64,000 nucleotides of DNA. It comes from Terriglobales bacterium. Lineage in GTDB: Bacteria > Acidobacteriota > Terriglobia > Terriglobales > Acidobacteriaceae. Within the stretch, counting starts at the first letter, position 1; each line of letters begins with the position of its first letter. A model generated the notes under the pieces. That model ran no database searches and was not told the DNA's origin. It worked only from the letters and a program-made list of their open reading frames with translations. The DNA lies in contig DATDGS010000068.1 of NCBI GenBank assembly GCA_036521955.1, positions 118-64,117 of the forward strand, written 5' to 3'. The position numbers and the translations under genes are program-made. Positions 28,222 through 37,083 of this stretch are shown in pieces.

Positions 28222-29331
28222 CTACGACGCGACCCGATCGTTAGTGCTCGCGGCCAGCCGTACGAATTCGGCGATCTGGGCCCCCATTTCGTCCGTGGAG
28301 ACAGTGCGCTCGCCGTGGCGGGCAAGATCGCGGGTGCGAAAGCCTCCCATCAAAGTTGAAGTGACGCCAGCCTCCACGCACTCCGCTTCTTTTTGTAACT
28401 GAAACGTGTGGCGCAGCATCAGGGCTACCGAGAGTATGGCGCCCAGTGGATTGGCGGCGTTCTGACCTGCGATGTCGGGAGCCGATCCGTGCACGGGTTC
28501 GTAGAGACCGACCGCGCCTCCGATGCTGGCCGAAGCGAGCAGGCCAAGCGACCCCACGATTCCACCCGCCTGATCGGACAGGATGTCGCCGAACATGTTC
28601 TCGGTGAGGATCACATCGAATGCGGTCGGATTCAGCACCAGCGACATGGCGGCCGAGTCCACGTACATGTGGGAGAGTTGGATATCGGGAAAATCGCGGG
28701 CGACGCGAGTGACGACTTCGCGCCAGAGCCGTGAGCACTCCAAAACATTCGACTTATCGACGGAGAGCACACGCCGGCGGCGGGTGCGAGCGAGTTGAAA
28801 GGCGATGCGGGCGATGCGTTCGATCTCCGGCTCGCTGTAGCGCATAGTGTTGACGGCCTGGCGCGCGCCGTGAGCGCCTTCACCTTCAATCGAGCGAGGC
28901 TGCCCAAAATAGAGTCCGCCGAGCAATTCGCGCACGATGAGAATGTCGGTCCCCTTGACGATTTCTTCACGCAATGGCGAGCAGGCAGCGAGCGCCGGAT
29001 AAAAGACAGCGGGACGCAGATTGGCAAACGCTCCGAGTTCATGGCGGAGGCGCAACAGGCCAGCTTCGGGGCGAAGTTCACGAGGATTGTGATCGTAGGC
29101 TGGGCTGCCGACCGCGCCGAGCAGCACCGCCTGGGAGGCGAGGCAGGCCTGAATGGTCGGGTCCGGTAACGGATTGCCGAACTTTGTCAGAGCAGCGCCG
29201 CCGATCTCTTTTTCGTCGAGTTCGAGATCGTGGCCAAAGCCATCGGCGACCTCTTCCAGAACACAAATGGCCTGCGATGTAACTTCCGGACCGATCCCGT
29301 CTCCGGGGAGCGAAGTGACACGGAGTTCCAT
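28222..29331 (-). CDS. leuB: 3-isopropylmalate dehydrogenase
   Basis: ITSLPGDGIGPEV and NMFGDILSDQAG signatures; 369 aa. Confidence 0.95.
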   Translation of the reverse strand: MELRVTSLPGDGIGPEVTSQAICVLEEVADGFGHDLELDEKEIGGAALTKFGNPLPDPTIQACLASQAVLLGAVGSPAYDHNPRELRPEAGLLRLRHELGAFANLRPAVFYPALAACSPLREEIVKGTDILIVRELLGGLYFGQPRSIEGEGAHGARQAVNTMRYSEPEIERIARIAFQLARTRRRRVLSVDKSNVLECSRLWREVVTRVARDFPDIQLSHMYVDSAAMSLVLNPTAFDVILTENMFGDILSDQAGGIVGSLGLLASASIGGAVGLYEPVHGSAPDIAGQNAANPLGAILSVALMLRHTFQLQKEAECVEAGVTSTLMGGFRTRDLARHGERTVSTDEMGAQIAEFVRLAASTNDRVAS

Positions 29332-29424
29332 GGTGTCCTCGAGCGTTTCCGAAAGATTATACGAGGAAACGCCGCTGTGGTAGCGGTTGTAGGGTGTTCC
29401 ACGGGTTTGTCAATGACCTGGCGG

Positions 29425-30852
29425 CTACACACCCCAGAGGTAGTCTTCTTGATCACTGTGATGATCCGCGAAAGGGGTCGTCGGCACCCCGCCGCCGAAC
29501 CAGTTGGTAGGCGCAGGACAAGCCGGTAGCGTCGGCGCGTGGCCGGCGCTGCCCGATACTTGGGCCAGATGCGGGTCATGGGTATTGGCATTGGCTCCGG
29601 CGGCAGCGAATGCGGTACCCGGGAAAGGTAACGCAACGGCCGCGGGAGGAAACTTCTTGCTCTCGCCGCTAGGCGCATCGCCGTTGCTGGCGTTGCCTTT
29701 CACGACGTCTTCAATCAGTTCCAGCAAATGACTGTCCTGCACCTTCTTGATGCGGTCGGCAAGAACTACAAACCTGCGATAGACCTCATCGAGTTCGCGG
29801 CGCTCAAACTGGTGTCCCAGTTGTTCGCAGCGCAGTGCCAAAGCGTGGCGACCGGAGTGCTTGCCCAGCACCAGCCGCGAGTCCGGTACCCCCACCGACT
29901 GTGGCGTCATGATTTCGTAGGTCAGTGGATTCTTGAGCATGCCATCCTGGTGAATGCCGGCCTCGTGCGCAAACGCATTGCGCCCGGTGATGGCCTTGTT
30001 GGGCTGCACCGGAACGCGGGTAATCTCCGCCAACATCTGGCTGGAAGCATAAAGATGCTCGCTGGCGACGGCGGCCTCGTAAGCATAGCGGTCCGGACGC
30101 ACCCGCATGGCCATGACGATCTCTTCCAGCGACGCATTGCCGGCGCGCTCCCCAATTCCATTGATCGTGCATTCCACCTGGCGCGCACCCTGCTGTACTC
30201 CCGCAAGTGAGTTCGCAACCGCCAGACCGAGGTCGTTGTGGCAGTGGGTCGAGATCGTTACTTTGTCGATACCGGCGACCTTCTCGCGCAGCGTGCGGAT
30301 GAGGTTGCCATATTCCTCAGGCATGCTGTACCCGACCGTATCGGGAATGTTGACGGTGGTAGCGCCAGCCGCGATGACCGCTTCGACCACCCGGCAGAGA
30401 TACGCGACATCGGTACGGGTGGCATCTTCGGGTGAGAATTCAACGTCGGCGCAGAGAGACTTGGCGTGCCGAACTGCTTCCCTCGCCTGCTCCAGGCACT
30501 GCTCGCGTGTGATGCGAAGCTTGTATTGCAGATGAATGTCAGAAGTTGCGAGAAAAACATGGATGCGCGGGTGCGCGGCTCCCTGCAACGCCTGCCAGGC
30601 GCGATCCACATCGCCGATACAGGCACGAGCCAAGCCCGCGATGACGGGACGCCGCACCGAGGCGGCGATTCTTTGTACGGCCTCGAAGTCGCCATCGGAG
30701 GCGATGGGGAAACCCGCTTCGATCACGTCCACGCCGAGGCGGTCGAGTTGCCGGGCCAAGCGCAACTTCTCCTGCACATTCATGCTGCAGCCCGGCGACT
30801 GTTCGCCGTCACGAAGCGTGGTGTCGAAGATGGTAATACGCGGCCAATCCAT
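29425..30852 (-). CDS. 2-isopropylmalate synthase-family enzyme (LeuA/CimA/homocitrate synthase type) lacking a recognisable regulatory domain
   Basis: [14 protein letters not shown] and [12 protein letters not shown]. Adjacent to leuB. The last 90 aa or so are an Ala/Pro/Gly low-complexity tail. Confidence 0.85.
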   Translation of the reverse strand: MDWPRITIFDTTLRDGEQSPGCSMNVQEKLRLARQLDRLGVDVIEAGFPIASDGDFEAVQRIAASVRRPVIAGLARACIGDVDRAWQALQGAAHPRIHVFLATSDIHLQYKLRITREQCLEQAREAVRHAKSLCADVEFSPEDATRTDVAYLCRVVEAVIAAGATTVNIPDTVGYSMPEEYGNLIRTLREKVAGIDKVTISTHCHNDLGLAVANSLAGVQQGARQVECTINGIGERAGNASLEEIVMAMRVRPDRYAYEAAVASEHLYASSQMLAEITRVPVQPNKAITGRNAFAHEAGIHQDGMLKNPLTYEIMTPQSVGVPDSRLVLGKHSGRHALALRCEQLGHQFERRELDEVYRRFVVLADRIKKVQDSHLLELIEDVVKGNASNGDAPSGESKKFPPAAVALPFPGTAFAAAGANANTHDPHLAQVSGSAGHAPTLPACPAPTNWFGGGVPTTPFADHHSDQEDYLWGV

Positions 30853-30998
30853 GGATTGCGTACCTCCTGGAAGCTTGCGTATCTACTCTATCGGCGGATT
30901 AAGGCAAAAGAAAAGTTTATTATCTTTACAGTAGCAGTAGCAGGAGTGATAGTATTAGGGTTTCTTATGCTGTCAGTGACTTTAAAAAGATGCGTCTC

Positions 30999-31032
30999 GG
31001 TCCCCCCTCGGTGACCTCTGTGGTAAAGGTTC
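30999..31032 (+). repeat. dispersed repeat family A copy (degenerate)
   Basis: GGTCCCCCCTCGGTGACCTCTGTGGTAAAGGTTC, in the leuA-like / LysR divergent spacer. Confidence 0.6.
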
Positions 31033-31127
31033 TTTCACGACACCAAGGCAAACATTCTCAAGCGTCACGAGCGTCGCGCTCTCAAGCACGTGGAGGCATG
31101 AGAGCTAAAACCTGAGACCCGATCCCC

Positions 31128-32045
31128 ATGGACCTTTCCCAACTCGAAGTCTTCCTAACCGTAGCCCGCGAACGACGCTTTTCCCGCGCCGCCGAAAAGC
31201 TCTTTCGCACCCAGTCGGCGGTAAGCCAGACCATCCGCAAACTCGAACTCGAGATCGGCGAGCCGCTGTTCGACCGTTCGTCGCGTGAAGGCGTACTCAC
31301 CGATGCAGGGCGTGTACTCCAGGAATACGCCGAGAAACTGCTCAACCTGCGCCAGGACGCAGAGGCGGCGCTGGTCGAGATGCGCGAATTACAGAAAGGC
31401 AAGCTGGCCATCGCCGCCAACGAATTTACCGCGCTCTACCTGTTGCCGGTACTGGCCGAGTTTCGCCGTCGGCATCCCATGATCAAGATCACGGTGCGGC
31501 GCTTACTGGGCAGTCACATTCCCGACGATGTGCTCAAGCACAACGTGGAACTCGGCGTACTTTCTTACGATCCGCAGGAGCCCCAGTTGCGCTCGGCGGT
31601 TGTCTATATGGACGAGTTGGTACTGGTCGTTCCTCCCGTTCATCCGTTGGCCTCGGCGGGAGAAGTCAGCGTGCGCCAGCTGGGCGCGGAGTCGTTCGTG
31701 GCCCACATCGTCGCGTCTCCTTATCGCGATAAAGTGATCGAAAGTTTCCGCCGCCACAAGACTCCGTTACACATGGACGTGGAACTGCCTACGCTGCAAG
31801 CCATCACACGCTTCGTGTGCGCGGGGAATGGAGTGGCGCTGGTACCCGAGATCAGCGTGGAAAACGAGCTCGGACGCGGTGACTTGGTGCGCGTTCCGGT
31901 GCGCGATCTGCATTTTCAGCGCAAGCTGCGGCTGGTGTATCGGCAGGAATCCGCGCTGTCGCACGCGGGAAGAGCGTTTTTGAAAGTGGCGGAGCAGTTA
32001 GCAAAAGACAGAGGCGGTCGTTACCGCTTCGAGCGAGAAAAATAG
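31128..32045 (+). CDS. LysR-family transcriptional regulator, divergent from the leuA-like gene
   Basis: HTH MDLSQLEVFLTVARERRFSRAAEKLFRTQSAVSQTIRKLE; 305 aa. Confidence 0.9.
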   Translation: MDLSQLEVFLTVARERRFSRAAEKLFRTQSAVSQTIRKLELEIGEPLFDRSSREGVLTDAGRVLQEYAEKLLNLRQDAEAALVEMRELQKGKLAIAANEFTALYLLPVLAEFRRRHPMIKITVRRLLGSHIPDDVLKHNVELGVLSYDPQEPQLRSAVVYMDELVLVVPPVHPLASAGEVSVRQLGAESFVAHIVASPYRDKVIESFRRHKTPLHMDVELPTLQAITRFVCAGNGVALVPEISVENELGRGDLVRVPVRDLHFQRKLRLVYRQESALSHAGRAFLKVAEQLAKDRGGRYRFEREK

Positions 32046-32075
32046 CGTCGTTTCACCCCGCGTGCGCAAGTACGA

Positions 32076-32140
32076 TTTGTATCAAGGTATGCCTTTAGGC
32101 ATATCGGAAGTGCCGTGTTATGAATGCGCATTCAGGCGCC
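32076..32140 (+). repeat. dispersed hairpin repeat family B copy
   Basis: TTTGTATCAAGGTATGCCTTTAGGCATATCGGAAGTGCC..AATGCGCATTCAGGCGCC. Confidence 0.8.
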
Positions 32141-32174
32141 GGTTTTGATGAGTTCCGAGTTTCACGACAGGCGC

Positions 32175-32633
32175 CTACGCCCAATGTATTTCTTCCTGAA
32201 CCATCGCCGCCATTGCCTCCGGAACGCTGGCGTACACATCGAGCACCGATACAAGGTTGGTAATTTCGAAGAGGTGTCGAACCGATTTCTTGGGGCAGGC
32301 AAACTTCAGCGCGTAGCCGGCCGCTTCCGCCCACAGGTGCGTCATGACCAGTTCGCCCAAACCTCCGCCGTCCACGGATTCGACGTCTGCCAAATCCACC
32401 ACCATCCGGCGCGCCGAGGGCAGCACTTCGGCCACAATGGTCGAGAGCGCCTGAGCCTCGCTATGGAAGATGATCCGACCCTGACAGTGCAGAACCACGG
32501 CACTGCCGGGAAGGCCAGCTTCCAGACTGAGTTTGAGATTCTCGTCGAGCCTCTTCTCGTTTCTCCGGTCGGTTGCCGATGACGCGCACGCAATCGCGGC
32601 GTCCGGCATCTCGGCCGGATTTTCGGGTTTCAT
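32175..32633 (-). CDS. STAS-domain protein (anti-sigma-factor antagonist-like)
   Basis: ..VVLHCQGRIIFHSEAQAL..MVVDLADVESVDGGGLGELV.. Start placed at ATG 32633 because the longer track ORF runs through a dispersed repeat. Confidence 0.7.
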   Translation of the reverse strand: MKPENPAEMPDAAIACASSATDRRNEKRLDENLKLSLEAGLPGSAVVLHCQGRIIFHSEAQALSTIVAEVLPSARRMVVDLADVESVDGGGLGELVMTHLWAEAAGYALKFACPKKSVRHLFEITNLVSVLDVYASVPEAMAAMVQEEIHWA

Positions 32634-32704
32634 GCCTACACGGTAACCCCGGATAAGAGGCCGTTGGTTGCGTGAAGATGAAAGTTCGGTAAATTCAGCG
32701 GCAG

Positions 32705-32759
32705 TTTTCCCTGTGGAGTTCCCCCTGTGTTCCGCCGTGACCTCTGTGGTGAAAGGTTT
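32705..32759 (+). repeat. dispersed repeat family A copy (with an extra leading module)
   Basis: TTTTCCCTGTGGAGTTCCCCCTGTGTTCCGCCGTGACCTCTGTGGTGAAAGGTTT. Confidence 0.8.
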
Positions 32760-32810
32760 CTTTGGGGTTCGAAACCGCAGAGAGCATGGAGGAACAGAGT
32801 GCAAACCGAG

Positions 32811-33218
32811 CTACTTTGAATCCTTGCGCCGGGATGCCTCTACAGTTGGGACAATCGCCCGCCGTAGCGGCACAATCGCCCCCTTGGACGGATCGGCTGC
32901 GGCTGAGGCCCGCGCCAGTACCTCGTGTTGGATATACTGCACGAACTCCTGGATCTGGCGTTGCATTTCTTCCATGCGCTCGCGCATTTGCAGAATGATG
33001 GCGATGCCGCTGATGTTGACGCCCAGATCGCGCGCCAGCGACAGGATGAACTCAAGCCGCTGCAAATCTTCATCCGTATAAAGCCGGGTATTGCCCTCGG
33101 TGCGGCTAGGCTTGAGCAGCCCTTCGCGTTCGTAGAGCCGCAAAGTCTGCGGATGAATCTCATACATCTCGGCCACCGCCGAGATCATGTACGCGCCCTT
33201 GGATTTACGTTTAGTCAT
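32811..33218 (-). CDS. hspR: MerR-family heat-shock regulator (HspR-like)
   Basis: ISAVAEMYEIHPQTLRLYEREGLLKPSRTEGNTRLYTDEDLQRLEFILSLARDLGVN. Confidence 0.8.
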   Translation of the reverse strand: MTKRKSKGAYMISAVAEMYEIHPQTLRLYEREGLLKPSRTEGNTRLYTDEDLQRLEFILSLARDLGVNISGIAIILQMRERMEEMQRQIQEFVQYIQHEVLARASAAADPSKGAIVPLRRAIVPTVEASRRKDSK

Positions 33219-33280
33219 GCCACGCTAAGGAATCTCGCGTCCGTACCAATACTAGCCGCAAAACAGGGAGGACGCACGTC

Positions 33281-33318
33281 TTCCCCTGCGGTCCTCTGTG
33301 CGCCCTGTGGTGAAGATT
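33281..33318 (+). repeat. dispersed repeat family A copy
   Basis: TTCCCCTGCGGTCCTCTGTGCGCCCTGTGGTGAAGATT. Confidence 0.85.
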
Positions 33319-33341
33319 CTTGCGAGCAGCGCCAGGAGCTG

Positions 33342-33375
33342 CAAAAGAAAAGAGACAGGGCTAAACCCCGTCTCT
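33342..33375 (-). terminator. intrinsic terminator after the amino-acid permease gene
   Basis: Minus strand AGAGACGGGG-TTTAG-CCCTGTCTCT (9 of 10 bp) followed by TTTCTTTTG, 27 nt after the stop at 33402. Confidence 0.7.
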
Positions 33376-33401
33376 GCAGTCAAGGTTGATCCTCAGAAAA
33401 A

Positions 33402-34805
33402 CTATGCTGCCAGTTCAGGCTTCGGCGAAGCAGCCGCCCATCCCGCCGGCTTAAGTGCATGGTTAATCAAGTAGGCGACGACGCCAGCCCCCATCACAAG
33501 CAGTCCAAACCAGAGCGAACTCATGCCCAGCACAACTTCATGTTCACTGCGGATGATGGCAAATCCCAGCAGCAAAACTGGAGGAATGCCAACCGCAATC
33601 GCTCCAAACATCCCTCCCGGCACGCGGAAGGGACGCTTCAATTCCGGTTCGCGAATGCGCAGACAGATCAGCGCTACAAATTCGAGCGCCAGGCTCCCAC
33701 CGTAAATCATGATGTCGAGTGTGACCAGCCGCTCAAAGCCAAGATTCAACGCGAAGCCCCAGCCGACCGCCAGCGCCAGAATCGCGACCCATGGCGCGCG
33801 CGACTTGGGATGCAGCTTGCCAAAAATTTTCGGCAGCATGCCATCCTGAGCCATGGCCAGCGGCAGCCGTGAGTAGCTCATGACCAGCGCATTGAACATG
33901 CCGAAGCCGCTCATCATGCCGCCCGCCACCAGGGCCATCCGAAGCACCGGACCACCCATCAACTGGGCGATGTCGGCCCAAGCGCCAGTTTCCCAGGCAC
34001 TGGCCGGAAGGCCGGTGATCCACATGGCGGCAAAGGGAAGAACGTAAGTAACGCAGACGATGACCACCGCCACCAGCATGGCGCGAGGATAGGTTCGCTG
34101 CGGACGCTCCACCTCGGTGGCGATGGTCGAGGCGTTGTCCCATCCCATGTAGTTCCACATGCAGATGAGCAGCCCGCCGAGAATATCAACATTCGAAGTA
34201 GTCGGCTTGGTCACCGCATTCGCGAGCGCGTGAATCTTGAACGGCGCCAGCACAAAAATGGCAGCGAAGGGCGCTGAAAGGGCGAAGAATAGCCACAACG
34301 AAGTCGTCGAGACGACCTTCACGCCCATGATATTAAGGATTGCGCAGACAATCACCACGCCCAGCGCCACAGCCACGCCGCGATGGTTTTCCTGGAACCA
34401 TGGAAACATGCGTGTGAGGTAGGCAACAAAGAGCGTGGGATAAATCGCCATATCGAAAATGGATGCCACCAGCGACAGCCAGGCTTCCTGAAAGCCCCAG
34501 AAATTCCCCATGGCGCGGCGCACCCACGCGTAGTAGCCGCCTTCAAAGGGCAGCGCGCTCGAGAGCTCCCCGATCATGAACGCGGTCGGCAGGCTCCAGA
34601 GAAGCGGGGTGAGCAGCAGGATGAGAATTGCTTTGCCATAGCCGGCGCCATGCACGATATCCTCGGTGCCATAGGTTCCGCCCGAGACCATAAAGAAGGT
34701 CGCGGCGACCAGGGGCCAAAGGGTGAGGCGGATAGACTTCTTCCGGGGGGCGGCAGGAATTAAGCTAGGCTGCGAGATGTTGGCTGGTGCGGTAGCTGTT
34801 GCCAA
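33402..34805 (-). CDS. APC-superfamily amino-acid permease
   Basis: 467 aa, about 12 helices, ..FFMVSGGTYGTEDI.. The TTG start at 34805 is the first start after an in-frame stop; GGAGG lies 12 nt upstream. Confidence 0.85.
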   Translation of the reverse strand: MATATAPANISQPSLIPAAPRKKSIRLTLWPLVAATFFMVSGGTYGTEDIVHGAGYGKAILILLLTPLLWSLPTAFMIGELSSALPFEGGYYAWVRRAMGNFWGFQEAWLSLVASIFDMAIYPTLFVAYLTRMFPWFQENHRGVAVALGVVIVCAILNIMGVKVVSTTSLWLFFALSAPFAAIFVLAPFKIHALANAVTKPTTSNVDILGGLLICMWNYMGWDNASTIATEVERPQRTYPRAMLVAVVIVCVTYVLPFAAMWITGLPASAWETGAWADIAQLMGGPVLRMALVAGGMMSGFGMFNALVMSYSRLPLAMAQDGMLPKIFGKLHPKSRAPWVAILALAVGWGFALNLGFERLVTLDIMIYGGSLALEFVALICLRIREPELKRPFRVPGGMFGAIAVGIPPVLLLGFAIIRSEHEVVLGMSSLWFGLLVMGAGVVAYLINHALKPAGWAAASPKPELAA

Positions 34806-35072
34806 TTTCTATGGCTTCCTCCTCAGGCGACTCACTCTCACCACCGCGTCTCCCTTGACTATCGTTACGCGGCTTCCAGGGTGGGCAGCGATTCCCGGGC
34901 ATTGTCGGTGAAGTTAGTTCGCATGTGTGAGATTACGGGAATTTTCCACAGATGCAAGATTTTTTTGCGATAAATTGAAAATTTTTGTCAATAAGGGCGG
35001 GTACGGAGGTAATGAGGGCGGGGACTAACGCGGGAGACTAACTCAGTCCTTTCGACTTCTGCGGATGTCGGC

Positions 35073-35350
35073 TCAAGCCGTTCCTATGACCGCCGCGAGG
35101 CTAGCCCCGAGCGCTACTCCGAGGCCGATGCCAAGTTTCCACCCGAGGCCGAGATGGCAGAGATAGTCCGCCGAGAATGCCGATCACGAACCACCATAGA
35201 TCGGCGGTTCGTCTGTTGTTATTACGGACGTCCTCCCGGTTCCGCCCGAAGGCAACCGCCACGGCGATCCCGAGCACCGTCCCAAGCCCGATTTGATGAA
35301 AATAGATTCGAGGAATAACGCCAATCGCAAAACCGATCGCCGCCGAGAGG
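35073..35350 (-). pseudogene. possible remnant of a small membrane-protein gene (frameshifted, no start codon)
   Basis: Own translation. ..AAIGFAIGVIPRIYFHQIGLGTVLGIAVAVAFG..LWWFVIGILGG in one frame continues as ..LGLGWKLGIGLGVALGASLAAVIGTA* in another. No ORF of 60 aa or more in 34912-35378. Confidence 0.3.
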
Positions 35351-35378
35351 GGGTCTGCGGGTCTTCCTGCGCCTGGCG

Positions 35379-36623
35379 TCAGACCTTGCTCCAGAGTTCT
35401 TCTCGCGGATCCTCCGGATTCAGCTTGGCCAACTCCCGCAGCAGTTCTTTAGTTTTTTCGTCGTGAGGCATAGGGACGGTGATCTTCACCTCGACAATTT
35501 CATCTCCCCGTACGCCGTCCTTGGTAGCCGAAGGCACTCCTTTTTCGCGCAGTCGGAGTTTCTGCCCAGACTGCGTCCCCGGAGGAATCTTAAGCATGCT
35601 CCGCCCATCAATGGTAGGCACTTCGATCTTCGATCCCAAAGCCGCTTCCACCGCCGTAACCGGCACCGTGATGGAGATGTCGTCCCCTTCGCGCTGAAAC
35701 AGCGGATGCGGGTCGATGCGGATAATCACATAGAGATCGCCGACCCCGCCCCCGCGCAGCCCCGCATTGCCCTTGCCCGCGATGCGAATGCGTTGCCCAT
35801 CGCGCGTTCCAGCCTTGATGCGGATCTCCAGCGGATCGGTACGCTCGACGCTGCCTTCGCCGTGACACACCGGACAAGTCGAAATATTCTTCCCAGTCCC
35901 ATGACAGCGCGGGCAAGTGACGTTGAACTTCATCCGCCCGCCCGTCTGTTCGATCGTCCCCTTGCCGTGACATTGCGGACATACTCCCGGAGCTTCGATG
36001 AAGCCATTGCCGTGGCAGTTTCCACAAACATCGCGCCGGGAGATATTCAACTTCATCACTCCGCCGCGAATCGCCGTCCAAAACGGCACGTTGACTTGGT
36101 ATTCAAGATCGCTGCCCGGCTCCGGTCCCTGGTCAACGGCCTCACCGCGCCCGCCCCCAGTGAAAATGCCGGAGAAGATATCGCGGAACCCGCCGCTCGA
36201 ACCGCCTGAATTTTTCCGGCCGCCGCTGCGAGCGCCTTCAAACAGATCGGAAAAGTCAAAGCCACCGAAATCAACATTGCTCGGTCCACCCGGCGGACGG
36301 CCTCCACCCGGGAACCCCCCACCAAAGTCGGCGGGCCCGGCCCCAGGCTGTCCGCCGCCCCGAGCATAAGCCTCCGCCGTAGCTGGATCGATGTTGTCGG
36401 AGTAGAACCCCAGTTGATCGTAAATCTTCCGCTTCTTGGGATCGCTGAGAACGTCGTTAGCCTCGGAAAGAGTCTTGAATTTCTCTTCCGCGCCTTTGTC
36501 GCCAGGATTGACGTCAGGATGATGCTTGCGCGCAAGCTTGCGAAACGCCTTGCGAATGTCGTCCGTGGAGGCGGACTTCTTTACTCCGAGCACGCCGTAA
36601 TAGTCTTTGGTTTGGGTAGGCAT
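35379..36623 (-). CDS. dnaJ: molecular chaperone DnaJ
   Basis: J domain with KHHPDVNP, a Gly-rich region, and four CxxCxGxG zinc-finger repeats. Confidence 0.95.
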   Translation of the reverse strand: MPTQTKDYYGVLGVKKSASTDDIRKAFRKLARKHHPDVNPGDKGAEEKFKTLSEANDVLSDPKKRKIYDQLGFYSDNIDPATAEAYARGGGQPGAGPADFGGGFPGGGRPPGGPSNVDFGGFDFSDLFEGARSGGRKNSGGSSGGFRDIFSGIFTGGGRGEAVDQGPEPGSDLEYQVNVPFWTAIRGGVMKLNISRRDVCGNCHGNGFIEAPGVCPQCHGKGTIEQTGGRMKFNVTCPRCHGTGKNISTCPVCHGEGSVERTDPLEIRIKAGTRDGQRIRIAGKGNAGLRGGGVGDLYVIIRIDPHPLFQREGDDISITVPVTAVEAALGSKIEVPTIDGRSMLKIPPGTQSGQKLRLREKGVPSATKDGVRGDEIVEVKITVPMPHDEKTKELLRELAKLNPEDPREELWSKV

Positions 36624-36692
36624 TTTCTAGCTGTCAGGGTCAGCTTTCAGCTTATCCTTCTCCGTTTGTCGCTCTCCGTCATCTTACGCTTC

Positions 36693-36759
36693 GTCATCCT
36701 GAGCGTAGCACGGCCCTCGGCAAAGCCGAGGGCCGTGCGGACTAGAAGGACCTCTACCT
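36693..36759 (+). repeat. dispersed repeat family D copy carrying a 13-bp perfect hairpin
   Basis: GTCATCCTGAGCGTAGC..GAAGGACCTCTACC. Inserted hairpin GCACGGCCCTCGG-CAAAG-CCGAGGGCCGTGC (36708-36738). Confidence 0.75.
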
Positions 36760-36766
36760 CCACAAC

Positions 36767-36946
36767 TCAATTCACGATCTCTTTCGCCTGCTCATCCACC
36801 GCCACATTGAACGCCTCAAATGGCGAGGCATCGATCGACACCGGAATCTTTTGCATTCCCGTCGCGCTAGGCGCGTAGCAGAACCAGCGCCCCTCTTCCG
36901 GGACGAAGTTCACAAAAAACATCTGCCCATTGACTTCGAATCTCAA
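36767..36946 (-). CDS. small hypothetical protein between dnaK and dnaJ
   Basis: TTG at 36946 preceded by AAAGAGGAAAG. LRFEVNGQMFFVNFVPEEGRWFCYAPSATGMQKIPVSIDASPFEAFNVAVDEQAKEIVN. The longer track ORF (to 37033) would span a hairpin and abut a dispersed repeat. Confidence 0.4.
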   Translation of the reverse strand: MRFEVNGQMFFVNFVPEEGRWFCYAPSATGMQKIPVSIDASPFEAFNVAVDEQAKEIVN

Positions 36947-37001
36947 TTCGCTTTCCTCTTTCTGCGGCCCGAACGACCATCCTCTAAGTATGATGCAAAT
37001 G

Positions 37002-37020
37002 GGGGCGCATTTCGCGCCCC
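37002..37020 (-). terminator. GC hairpin downstream of dnaK (weak terminator or attenuator)
   Basis: GGGGCGC-GAAAT-GCGCCCC on the minus strand, followed by CATTTGCATCATACT (only a modest U content). Confidence 0.3.
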
Positions 37021-37037
37021 ACGTAAGTGCCACGCCG

Positions 37038-37076
37038 TCCCCCGTGTTTCCTCTGTGCCCCCTGTGGTGAAGATTT
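37038..37076 (+). repeat. dispersed repeat family A copy
   Basis: GTCCCCCGTGTTTCCTCTGTGCCCCCTGTGGTGAAGATT. Confidence 0.85.
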
Positions 37077-37083
37077 GGGCGGT

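Noticed and set aside
32763-32780. tRNA-like T-loop string GGGGTTCGAAACCGC
   Set aside because: The flanks cannot form a T-stem (GGGG against CCGC) and no acceptor, D or anticodon arms could be drawn. No tRNA was found anywhere in the window by eye, though a proper tRNA scan was not possible.
32634-32804. Upstream extension of the STAS ORF, and similar 5' extensions (46251-46361 of polA, 36947-37033 of the small ORF)
   Set aside because: They run through, or directly abut (36947-37033), family A repeat copies. These give recurring pseudo-peptides such as FTTEVTAEHRG / FPLCSSVSPVVK, and there are hairpins as well, so these stretches are unlikely to be coding.
33360-33395. Second HspR-box-like sequence (TCAAGG-N5-CCTCAG) upstream of hspR
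   Set aside because: The order and spacing of the half-sites differ from the dnaK-upstream candidate, and it overlaps the permease terminator. The similarity is too weak to support.
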